A stretch of 64,000 bases of DNA, taken from IMG/VR virus record IMGVR_UViG_3300007512_000025, positions 1 to 64,000 of that record. The stretch is one strand, 5' to 3'. The position numbers and the translations under genes are program-made. Positions within the stretch are counted from its first letter, which is position 1. Each line of letters opens with the position of its first letter. A model generated the notes under the pieces. That model was not told where the DNA came from. It did no database searches and saw nothing but the letters and a program-made list of their open reading frames with translations. Positions 56,859 through 64,000 of the stretch are shown piece after piece. The stretch comes from a virus.

Positions 56859-57266
56859 GTGAAACTTTTAATGGAGAATTGGCGGAAGTTTATGAAAGAA
56901 GCAGACGACTTTGACTGGGATGCTTTCGGGTTTTCTGATGAAGAGCGTGGGGAATCAGAAGGACGCTCTTCTCACTATGACGATTTGGTTGGCTTAGATA
57001 GAGGCGACACTTTTACTATCGGCAGCCGCAAGCCTGTTTATCGTGTCATCGGGGCACTAACTGACAGAGGGACAGCCAAGGGCTCACAAACCAAGTTAGT
57101 GGTTATTGACGGCTCTGCCGAGAGAAAGACCTACGAAATCAGGACAACGGGCGAAGATTATGAAGTAGGAGCCTTCGGTAAAGATGAGAACAACGACCAC
57201 ACTATACTTGTTGGTAAGACAGGATTTGTTATGAACATCGCCAAACCTGCGGGAACAAATAAATAA
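56859..57266 (+). CDS. Leader-tagged hypothetical protein
   Basis: MKLLMENWRKFMKE. Confidence 0.75.
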   Translation: MKLLMENWRKFMKEADDFDWDAFGFSDEERGESEGRSSHYDDLVGLDRGDTFTIGSRKPVYRVIGALTDRGTAKGSQTKLVVIDGSAERKTYEIRTTGEDYEVGAFGKDENNDHTILVGKTGFVMNIAKPAGTNK

Positions 57267-57280
57267 AAGAATCTTCCCAA

Positions 57281-57288
57281 ACTATTTA
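57281..57288 (+). promoter_or_regulatory. Putative late promoter (ACTATTTA)
   Basis: Recurrent intergenic motif. Confidence 0.6.
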
Positions 57289-57308
57289 ATATAATGGAAT
57301 CAGCGAAC

Positions 57309-57374
57309 CACTTGCCAGATGAGAAAAAGTCTAAGAAAACCCTTGACATGGAAAGGGACGAAGGAGGTAAATAA
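57309..57374 (+). repeat. ~65-bp direct repeat of 56618-56683
   Basis: CCAGATGAGAAAAAGTCTAAGAA.AC.CTTGACATGGAAAGGGA shared. Confidence 0.85.
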
Positions 57375-57376
57375 CC

Positions 57377-57517
57377 ATGAAAGATTTATGTAAAGACATT
57401 AAGGATACAGCAACGCTGTTGCTAAAACTAGCGAAGGGGCAGGGTGCCCGAACAGATTACTTGTTGATTGGCAGCGCATTCGCTGCTGGCTTGGCTATTG
57501 GAAGCTGCCTGCTGTAA
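57377..57517 (+). CDS. Small membrane protein (46 aa, not in ORF track)
   Basis: SD AAGGAGG; DYLLIGSAFAAGLAIGSCLL matches paralog at 56685. Confidence 0.7.
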   Translation: MKDLCKDIKDTATLLLKLAKGQGARTDYLLIGSAFAAGLAIGSCLL

Positions 57518-57531
57518 GGAGATACTGAAGT

Positions 57532-58329
57532 ATGCGGCTGATAATGGAAAGTTGGAGGAAGTATATAGTTGAAGCTACGGCTGTACCTGAAGACCAAAAG
57601 ACAGGTTTTAGGCAGGCTATCGCTGACTCAAACTTTTGGACTCAGCCGCATACTGAAGACGATGTAGACGAAGTTGGTGGTACAACCAACTTGGGTTCCC
57701 CTGCCAGTGAAGCCCTTATGTCTGCACTTAATGCCAAGGCTGAGGAACTCGGCACAGATTTAAACTTTGTCATTACAGTGACCGCCGAAGAAGGCTACGA
57801 ACTTGCGCCCGAAGACCAGTTTGGAGGATACCCCAACAACTGGATGATGCAGGGACAGTATCGTGGACCGCAAGACGGGCTGCATGTTATTTGGATTGAG
57901 TTGCGCCCCATCTCAGAAGATTTTAACATGGAAGATTTAAACTCAGACGAGTTGGTAAAGAAAATCTCTCTGACGCTCAATCATGAATTGGTACACTATA
58001 ACCAGTTGAAGAAGCAGTCGGCAAGCAAGGGTATCTCTGATGAAGATGCGTGGGAAGAATTGTTAGATGACCCAAAACAGATGGATAAGAGCGGAACACG
58101 CGGTGGGTACTTGAGCCGACACATCGAGGTCGATGCGTTTGCCCACGAAGCCGCTGAAGAATTATTAGATAAATATTCCGCTGAAGAAGCTCTTGATATA
58201 ATTAGTCGAAAGAACCCAGACGTTGGAGGCGTGGTAGCTGACTATGTTGACGCGCTAAGTGACCAGCCGAAAGAGCTTCAGAAGTTTTGGAAAAAACTTT
58301 ATACACAGATTCAGGACCAATCACGATGA
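57532..58329 (+). CDS. Leader-tagged zincin-type metallopeptidase-like protein
   Basis: MRLIMESWRKYIVE; HELVH plus downstream EVDAFAHE. Confidence 0.75.
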   Translation: MRLIMESWRKYIVEATAVPEDQKTGFRQAIADSNFWTQPHTEDDVDEVGGTTNLGSPASEALMSALNAKAEELGTDLNFVITVTAEEGYELAPEDQFGGYPNNWMMQGQYRGPQDGLHVIWIELRPISEDFNMEDLNSDELVKKISLTLNHELVHYNQLKKQSASKGISDEDAWEELLDDPKQMDKSGTRGGYLSRHIEVDAFAHEAAEELLDKYSAEEALDIISRKNPDVGGVVADYVDALSDQPKELQKFWKKLYTQIQDQSR

Positions 58330-59078
58330 AACAACTGATGGAACATTGGCGAAGGTATGTTGCTATCAACGAGGGCATCGACCCGCGCATCAAAAAGCAG
58401 TTGGATGCACTTCTTCGGTTTCCTGAAATTGGTGTTGCGATTACAAGCGACGGCTTCGGCAAGGCTTTCAGATATGTTTTTATTACTGACCCAGAAGCAG
58501 AGCATCCACAGTTTATGGATATGGCGTTCCCCGGTGACATGACACCAGCCAAGTTGGATGCCCAAGGTCAAGATGAGGACGATTATTACATAAACCCAGA
58601 GAAGTATGAGATTTACGGTCAGGTTGAAATTTATAAATCGGAGCCACAGGGCGACGGCGAGTGTTACGATGGGCATATCATCATGGCTACAAATGCTGCG
58701 GATGGCTGGGGTCCGCTGTTATACGAGGTCGCGCTTGAGTGGGCATCGCAACGTGGCGGTGGCTTGACTGCTGACCGTGCAATTGTTTCCGACGAGGCAC
58801 AAGCGGTCTGGGCAAAGTACGAGAAGCGTGGTGATGTGGATACAAAGCAGATGGACATTGACCATACTCAAATGTGGGCGAAGGATGGCTTGCCGAAAAA
58901 GAGAAAGCAATTCCCACATTTGACACCAGACAAGCCCGAGGATGACTGTGACCAAAGCAAGGCGATTCAGGTCGGCAAAGAGAAGTGGGCAGACACGCCA
59001 TTATCCAAGATGTATTACAAGCCCAGCGCAGATGTTATGAAGGCTTTGAAAGCCGCAGGGAGGTTGATTGAGGTATGA
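58326..59078 (+). CDS. Leader-tagged GNAT acetyltransferase-like protein
   Basis: MKQLMEHWRRYVAINE; GWGPLLYE, VSDEAQAVW. Confidence 0.7.
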   Translation: MKQLMEHWRRYVAINEGIDPRIKKQLDALLRFPEIGVAITSDGFGKAFRYVFITDPEAEHPQFMDMAFPGDMTPAKLDAQGQDEDDYYINPEKYEIYGQVEIYKSEPQGDGECYDGHIIMATNAADGWGPLLYEVALEWASQRGGGLTADRAIVSDEAQAVWAKYEKRGDVDTKQMDIDHTQMWAKDGLPKKRKQFPHLTPDKPEDDCDQSKAIQVGKEKWADTPLSKMYYKPSADVMKALKAAGRLIEV

Positions 59079-59263
59079 GAAAAAGAGATTATTTATTTAG
59101 TGTAGTGCTTTTGGCTGCTGTCGCATGGATGACAGTCGGCTGTAAAAAAAAAGTAGAGGTGGACCCGCTGGTGCCACGCACTTATGATTTACCGGCATTG
59201 GATGAAGAAGAACTTGATGATTTGCCGGAAGCAGGCGAAGAAGATACAGCGGAGCAAATGTGA
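59075..59263 (+). CDS. Small acidic lipoprotein
   Basis: Lipobox TVGC then KKK and acidic tail. Confidence 0.7.
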   Translation: MRKRDYLFSVVLLAAVAWMTVGCKKKVEVDPLVPRTYDLPALDEEELDDLPEAGEEDTAEQM

Positions 59264-59937
59264 TGAAGCTGTTGATGGAGCGATGGCGCAAGTATATTGA
59301 CGAAGAATGTGACGAGGATGAAGTGGAGCAGCTTGCAACTTTCGCACACCAAGGGCAGACCCGAAGGGGCGGTGAACCATATATAACTCACCCCAAAGCC
59401 GCATCTGAATACGCAAAAGAATTCGGATACTCTGACGCAATATCCGATGCAGCACTCCTTCATGATACATTAGAAGATTACCATGACCCAGCAGAGATGG
59501 CAGAATTAATAAAAAGTGTGTGCCCCGAAGCACTTCCTATCGTAAAAGAGTTGACGCATGATAAGGGAGTGGAGTATACTGACTATGTGATGTCGCTGTC
59601 TTCTGAGGCGGTAGCCGTGAAGCTGCTGGACATGTATCACAATTCACAGGATTTGCGTCCTGACTCCAAACAATATAATAAATACCACAATGCGCTTGTT
59701 GCCCTCGGTGGCAAGCCAAGTGGAATCAATGACGCTCACTGGGAAGCACTGACTTCTTTGTTGGGCGTCGAGAGTGAAATTAGCGAGCGAGACTGGCAGA
59801 AAGAATCAGAAAGGGTGACAGACCATGAACGAAATAAAGACGAGATACTTGGCGACGGTGGGCAGGAAAATAAAGCCCCTTACGAAGACGAGCCAATCAA
59901 ACCCCGAAGCAAATCAGCACCACCAGCAGCGGGATAA
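59263..59937 (+). CDS. Leader-tagged HD-domain (p)ppGpp hydrolase-like (Mesh1/small alarmone hydrolase)
   Basis: MKLLMERWRKYIDE; AHQGQTR.GGEPYITHP, AALLHDTLED, ELT, VKLLD..HN. Confidence 0.85.
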   Translation: MKLLMERWRKYIDEECDEDEVEQLATFAHQGQTRRGGEPYITHPKAASEYAKEFGYSDAISDAALLHDTLEDYHDPAEMAELIKSVCPEALPIVKELTHDKGVEYTDYVMSLSSEAVAVKLLDMYHNSQDLRPDSKQYNKYHNALVALGGKPSGINDAHWEALTSLLGVESEISERDWQKESERVTDHERNKDEILGDGGQENKAPYEDEPIKPRSKSAPPAAG

Positions 59938-60029
59938 GAAAGAGAAGAAGCAGCAGAGGCAGAAAGAGGACGTGGTGACAATTTCAGATGAAGCCAAGCG
60001 GCTTTGTGGAATGAGTGACTAATTAATTT

Positions 60030-60191
60030 ATGAATAAGTTTCTGCGCTCAATGTTGTGGATGGCGGTCGGTGTTAATGCGGTTGTGTTCATCATAGGATT
60101 CAGCCTGCCATCGGCTGACTTATCACTGCTGGCTCTCGGCTCTGCCGGGTGCTGCCTCATCGGGATTTATACCACGAAAGAGAGGGAATAG
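60030..60191 (+). CDS. Small two-TM membrane protein (53 aa, not in ORF track)
   Basis: MNKFLRSMLWMAVGVNAVVFIIGF...LLALGSAGCCLIGIY..; stop overlaps next GTG. Confidence 0.55.
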   Translation: MNKFLRSMLWMAVGVNAVVFIIGFSLPSADLSLLALGSAGCCLIGIYTTKERE

Positions 60192-60427
60192 TGTTTTTCG
60201 ATGTATTCGTCGGGATTATGTTAACGCTGGTCATCGGCTTGCAGTATCTCATGATACACACTTATCAGAAAAGGCTGGATTACTTGAATCGTCAGGTGGT
60301 CGCACTCGCAAAATATAAAGAAGACAAGGGGCACATGCACAAGGTGTTCACGGGTAGTTTGGATATGGAATATCGAGGGCAGTCTGTCCGCTGCAAGGCG
60401 ACATTCCATCCTAAAACAATGATATAG
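60191..60427 (+). CDS. Small protein with N-terminal TM
   Basis: GTG 60191; hydrophobic N-terminus. Confidence 0.55.
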   Translation: MFFDVFVGIMLTLVIGLQYLMIHTYQKRLDYLNRQVVALAKYKEDKGHMHKVFTGSLDMEYRGQSVRCKATFHPKTMI

Positions 60428-60444
60428 CATTTACGATTGTTGGT

Positions 60445-60452
60445 ACTATTTA
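60445..60452 (+). promoter_or_regulatory. Putative late promoter (ACTATTTA)
   Basis: Recurrent intergenic motif. Confidence 0.6.
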
Positions 60453-60492
60453 TTATTAGCACGTTCACAAGGAGTTGGAACAAGACATGGGT

Positions 60493-61044
60493 ATGAAATT
60501 GATTATGGAAAGCTTTAGGACTTTCCTAAAAGAACAAGATTCACAATCAGCAGCTACGATGCAAGATACACCACAGCAGATGTATCATGCGGTTAGTTCT
60601 GACCAGCTTGATAGTCTCAGGGACAACGGCATTACAAACCTTCCCAGCGAGGTGGACTTTGAAGAAGATAGCACTGGCGTGCCCTGCTCGTTAGACATGA
60701 ACGATGCACAAAGGCATGGCGATGTAGTTTTGGAGTTGGATGGCGAGGGGCTTGCAGGCTCGGGTCAGTACACCTTAAACCCCAACGGTGAAACTGGTGT
60801 CCGTATCGGTATGACCGATTCTGCTTATACGTCTGGGCATGGTGTGCATGATATGGTTGATAAGTTGGGTACAAACATCCCATTTCAGTTTGTAAAGAGA
60901 ATGATATTTGCTGGCGATTCGCTTCCAAATGTGCGGAAGTTAAAAGATGGCGGGTTCGGTGGCGTCGAGATTGCTACGTTTCCACGCAGTCCTGACGAGG
61001 AAGTCCAGTCCATGTGGACTCCACCTCAGCCTGATGAAAGTTAA
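60493..61044 (+). CDS. Leader-tagged ADP-ribosyltransferase-fold-like protein (start 60487 or 60493)
   Basis: MKLIMESFRTFLKE; MYHAV....L.SL.DNGI, GV.CS.D...A..HG.VVLELD, IP..FV. Confidence 0.6.
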   Translation: MKLIMESFRTFLKEQDSQSAATMQDTPQQMYHAVSSDQLDSLRDNGITNLPSEVDFEEDSTGVPCSLDMNDAQRHGDVVLELDGEGLAGSGQYTLNPNGETGVRIGMTDSAYTSGHGVHDMVDKLGTNIPFQFVKRMIFAGDSLPNVRKLKDGGFGGVEIATFPRSPDEEVQSMWTPPQPDES

Positions 61045-61131
61045 ACATTTATAACCAGTTATCGTTTTTTGAGGACATTATCGTTTCATTCTTCCTATTT
61101 ATAAGTTAGAAGAAGAAGGAGCGTACTATGT

Positions 61132-61455
61132 ATGTCAATAGGAATTGGTGACCTCATACGTCTTAAAGATGATGAGCATATGCTTGTCGGTATTGGTATT
61201 GTACTTGATAAAAGAGATGATACATACGAGTTAGCGGTTGCTATCCTAGAGAATTTCAATGATTACATGACTTCAGTCGAGGAACACTTTGAACCAGAAA
61301 GCCTATCAGAAGAAGAAAAGCAGTTATTAAAGACGCCCGTTTATCTTGTTCTGTGGCACTCGGCAGATGACCACACGTTTTCGTCGAAGCCGATTTGGAT
61401 GTACGATTCTGAGATTGAAATTGTTAATAAAGCAATTAGGAGTGAAAAACAATAG
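61132..61455 (+). CDS. Small SH3/KOW-like hypothetical protein
   Basis: IGIGDLIRL...GIGIVLD. Confidence 0.7.
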   Translation: MSIGIGDLIRLKDDEHMLVGIGIVLDKRDDTYELAVAILENFNDYMTSVEEHFEPESLSEEEKQLLKTPVYLVLWHSADDHTFSSKPIWMYDSEIEIVNKAIRSEKQ

Positions 61456-61457
61456 CC

Positions 61458-61763
61458 ATGAAAACCACAACCGCACTGCTATGCCTGATGATTACTACTA
61501 CGGCAGCAGCAAGTGACAAGCCGACACACACAACACAGACAGCCCCACCCGACTTGGTTCTAAACCAGCAGGAGAGTATCGTATCGACTGAACTTCTCAT
61601 GATTCGTCTAAGGGAGCCGGTTCCAGAAGGCGAGGACGTTGGCGCTGCACTACCGCCACTGGTGCCACCAGCAACGCTGCTTTGGAATCAGGCGAGAGTA
61701 AATCCGCAGGTTCATCTGCCGTTCGTGCTAATTAAAAAAGAAAATATTAAAAAAAATCCATAA
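61458..61763 (+). CDS. Hypothetical secreted protein
   Basis: Signal-peptide-like N-terminus. Confidence 0.6.
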   Translation: MKTTTALLCLMITTTAAASDKPTHTTQTAPPDLVLNQQESIVSTELLMIRLREPVPEGEDVGAALPPLVPPATLLWNQARVNPQVHLPFVLIKKENIKKNP

Positions 61764-61768
61764 TTTAC

Positions 61769-61797
61769 TTGACAACCACCCCCTATAATGGTATATT
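61769..61797 (+). promoter_or_regulatory. Sigma70-like promoter
   Basis: TTGACA-N17-TATATT. Confidence 0.75.
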
Positions 61798-61840
61798 AAC
61801 AATGTGAGGGGGGCTTTGCCTTTCACATGAAGCAAGGAGA

Positions 61841-62047
61841 ATGCCCATGGGCTTGGAATTGGTTGAGGTCGTGCTTGAATGCCCGCGACCCATGAACGCA
61901 AATGAGTTCGGACAGTGGGAACGGAACAACCGTGCCGACGATATGATTCTCAGGAAAGAATATAGCCCAGTTGGTGAGGAACCAGCGGTGTTGTGGCGTG
62001 TCCTGTATATGCAGGGCGATGCTGACGATGCAGCCATGCTGCTTTAA
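61841..62047 (+). CDS. Hypothetical protein
   Basis: SD AAGGAG; downstream of promoter. Confidence 0.55.
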   Translation: MPMGLELVEVVLECPRPMNANEFGQWERNNRADDMILRKEYSPVGEEPAVLWRVLYMQGDADDAAMLL

Positions 62048-62085
62048 AAAAGTTTGAAGTCGGACATAATTTGTCCGCTTTGGCC

Positions 62086-62114
62086 TTGACATTCGTTAGA
62101 ATCTATGGCATAAT
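62086..62114 (+). promoter_or_regulatory. Sigma70-like promoter
   Basis: TTGACA-N17-CATAAT with TG; palindrome CGGACA-N5-TGTCCG just upstream (62061-62077). Confidence 0.7.
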
Positions 62115-62154
62115 GTATATGTAGGGTGAGAGAGAAACCTACAAGGAGTAAAAA

Positions 62155-62664
62155 ATGGAAGTTTCAAAAGCAATCAAAAAAATTGAGAAAGCCCTTGGCG
62201 TCAAAGTCACAAGGGGAGGTCACAACGACACCAAATATCATGCGAAGTATTACTTCACTTACGGAAACTACGTTGGGTCTTTCCTGACGCAGCAAGCCTA
62301 CGGTGAAGATGCCGATGGTAACTATGGGCCGAAGGACGAAGCCTACGCTCATAACTGGCACATTCGTCGTGAGAATGACCACTCTGACATGATGACGGAT
62401 TACTTTGCCGGTTCTTTCCGCTCCAATTGCACCCAGTTCATTCATGCCTTTAAGCCACCAGCACCAAAGTTTGCTGTTGGTGCCCTTGTCCGAGGCAAGG
62501 AAAACAAGCGGGCGATTCGACAAGGCTATGCTGGGAAGACTGGGCTTGTGATGGAGGCTTCCAGTAGCAGCGTCAAGATTCAATGGCTGGGCGAAGAATA
62601 CCCACCACGTTACAACTACGGATATCCCGAGCGGGACATTCAATTGGTCGCTGCTGCGGCATAA
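62155..62664 (+). CDS. Hypothetical protein with C-terminal KOW-like domain
   Basis: SD AAGGAG; FAVGALVRG...GKTGLV. Confidence 0.75.
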   Translation: MEVSKAIKKIEKALGVKVTRGGHNDTKYHAKYYFTYGNYVGSFLTQQAYGEDADGNYGPKDEAYAHNWHIRRENDHSDMMTDYFAGSFRSNCTQFIHAFKPPAPKFAVGALVRGKENKRAIRQGYAGKTGLVMEASSSSVKIQWLGEEYPPRYNYGYPERDIQLVAAAA

Positions 62665-62671
62665 GGAGTTT

Positions 62672-62965
62672 ATGATGGCTGAGAGAAAACGTAGAAACCG
62701 CAGGCATATTTCGGCTGCTGAAGGTCGGCAGCGGCTAACAGCAGAGCAACGAGCGCAGTTCGCTAGGGAGCGTCGAGCAATCTGTGGTAAACTGCTGAGT
62801 CAAGATGGCTTTCAGGGTGCCCTTGTTGTTGAACACATCCGAGGGTCACAGTATCTCTTGAGGATGCCAGACGGCACAGAGGTGTTCGCTTCTCATAAAA
62901 AGCAGAAAGGTCAAACTGGTGACGCGCTGTCCCGTGCAGGCTGGAAACTGTGGGAGCAGCGTTGA
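62672..62965 (+). CDS. Hypothetical protein
   Basis: SD AAGGAG. Confidence 0.7.
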   Translation: MMAERKRRNRRHISAAEGRQRLTAEQRAQFARERRAICGKLLSQDGFQGALVVEHIRGSQYLLRMPDGTEVFASHKKQKGQTGDALSRAGWKLWEQR

Positions 62966-63207
62966 TTGGTTCTCTCTTGCGATTTGATTGCGCGAAACGT
63001 GAGTTATATCACCCAACTGCGCCCGTTTACGAAGTCTTCGGTGGCGCAGTTGGGCTATGCACAAACCACCGCGTTAACGACCGAGGAATAGCATACGTTC
63101 GTGTTGAGTGGTTGAAGCCCGTTGAGCATGGCGGTCGGTGGACAAAAACTTCCTCATTCGCTCTGGATAATTTTATTGTTGTGGGTAAGATACATGGAAA
63201 GAAATAA
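62962..63207 (+). CDS. Small SH3/KOW-like hypothetical protein
   Basis: IGSLLRF...VRVEW. Confidence 0.55.
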   Translation: MIGSLLRFDCAKRELYHPTAPVYEVFGGAVGLCTNHRVNDRGIAYVRVEWLKPVEHGGRWTKTSSFALDNFIVVGKIHGKK

Positions 63208-63421
63208 TCACGGAAGTCACGCGAGAGTTGGTGACCTTGTAGAAGTGATGAACCCCATGGGGCAACTGACTGGCATTACTGGGCTGGTTTATAAGCTGGT
63301 TGAGGAACCGGGTTTCGGTGACTTCGATGACTCCCACCTCCACCGCCACTATTTTATGATTACGGGACTGCCGCACAGGATTAAAGATTCGCTGGTGGTC
63401 GTTCGTTCATTTGCAAACTAA
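63194..63421 (+). CDS. Small SH3/KOW-like hypothetical protein
   Basis: RVGDLVEV...TGLV. Confidence 0.6.
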   Translation: MERNNHGSHARVGDLVEVMNPMGQLTGITGLVYKLVEEPGFGDFDDSHLHRHYFMITGLPHRIKDSLVVVRSFAN

Positions 63422-63450
63422 TTAAATTTAGATATTCTTTTAAAAAGTCC

Positions 63451-63479
63451 TTGACGGGGCTTTCGTTTTATGTTATATT
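63451..63479 (+). promoter_or_regulatory. Sigma70-like promoter
   Basis: TTGACG-N17-TATATT with TG. Confidence 0.7.
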
Positions 63480-63662
63480 ATGGTTATGGAAATTAAAAAA
63501 GTCAAAAACTATGAAGTCTGGATTGAAGGCACGCTGGGCATCCACAAGGGCAAGCCTATTCTATATTCAGTGTACAGTGATTATAATGTGGCGCGTGTGG
63601 CAATGCAAAGGCTGTTGAAGTCAGGGCGATATGCATCACTTACAACGAAGGAGTCGGGGTGA
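63480..63662 (+). CDS. Hypothetical protein
   Basis: ORF directly after promoter. Confidence 0.55.
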   Translation: MVMEIKKVKNYEVWIEGTLGIHKGKPILYSVYSDYNVARVAMQRLLKSGRYASLTTKESG

Positions 63663-64000
63663 CAAAGAGGAAAGAGTTCAACCTCACGAAAGAAGAAAAG
63701 AAAGACCTTGCCGAGCATTTCTACAAACAAGAAGAAGAACGCTGGGCACAGGCTTCAAAGGCGTATTATCGACCGCAAGGCGCACCCGCACGCCTAAGCG
63801 ATGAGTTGCTTGACCAGTGGCACATGAAGCATGGGACAGGCATCCGACATCCCGGTGAAGTACATAAGACGATGGTGAAGGTGTTGTATGACGAGAAGTC
63901 ATATTCAATTAAAAACTTTCTTACAAGAGCAGGCGCGGAAAACTTTATTGAGAGCGTCGAGCATTATGGTCTTGCCGCAGAACTTATCACTGATGACAAA
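63659..64000 (+). CDS. Hypothetical protein (runs to window end)
   Basis: GTG with SD AAGGAG; frame open to 64000. Confidence 0.6.
   Translation, partial: MTKRKEFNLTKEEKKDLAEHFYKQEEERWAQASKAYYRPQGAPARLSDELLDQWHMKHGTGIRHPGEVHKTMVKVLYDEKSYSIKNFLTRAGAENFIESVEHYGLAAELITDDK

Noticed and set aside
1-64000. Minus-strand ORFs in the track (e.g. 36754-37383, 39680-40411, 49873-50637, 53577-54278) and the alternate-frame ORF 13934-14914
   Set aside because: They shadow well-supported + strand genes, lack SD sequences or motifs, and reflect codon bias or low complexity
1-64000. tRNA genes, integrase or transposase, stop-codon reassignment
   Set aside because: No cloverleaf or recombinase motifs were recognised; genes are full length in code 11 and use all three stop codons

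Overview
A 64-kb segment of a large lytic tailed phage with a contractile tail and T4-superfamily-type structural genes. All credible genes are on the + strand with the standard code. Layout: (1) 1-21.2 kb virion module: end of major capsid protein, neck proteins, tail terminator, 1092-aa sheath, tube, tail chaperone pair, an inserted lipoprotein cassette, a 1606-aa very hydrophobic tape measure, and baseplate genes. (2) 21.2-41.2 kb replication and nucleotide module: minimal family-A polymerase, tubulin/PhuZ-like protein, gp32-like SSB, FKBP PPIase, RecA, deaminase, 5'-3' exonuclease, DnaB, class II RNR, GroES, DnaE, dUTPase, GuaB-like, mini sigma-region-4 protein. (3) 41.3-53.3 kb mixed: P-loop kinase, ClpP, amidase endolysin, GroEL, glutaredoxin, Mom-like enzyme. 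(4) 53.5-61 kb late-promoter cluster in which unrelated enzyme domains ((p)ppGpp-hydrolase-like HD, two ADP-ribosyltransferase-fold, GNAT, HExxH peptidase) share one N-terminal leader, M-K-x-L-M-E-x-W-R-x-[YFH]-[LIM]-x-E. I interpret this as a capsid-targeting tag for injected effectors. (5) 61-64 kb small early genes. Two promoter classes are visible: sigma70-like TTGACA-N16-18-TATATT and a putative late motif ACTATTTA. Four copies of a ~35-nt covarying H-type RNA pseudoknot lie in the ssb-recA intergenic spaces. The lipoproteins hint at a Myxococcota/Bdellovibrionota-like host (inference). No tRNA, CRISPR array, integrase or intein was seen. All functional calls come from motif recognition by eye, not database searches.
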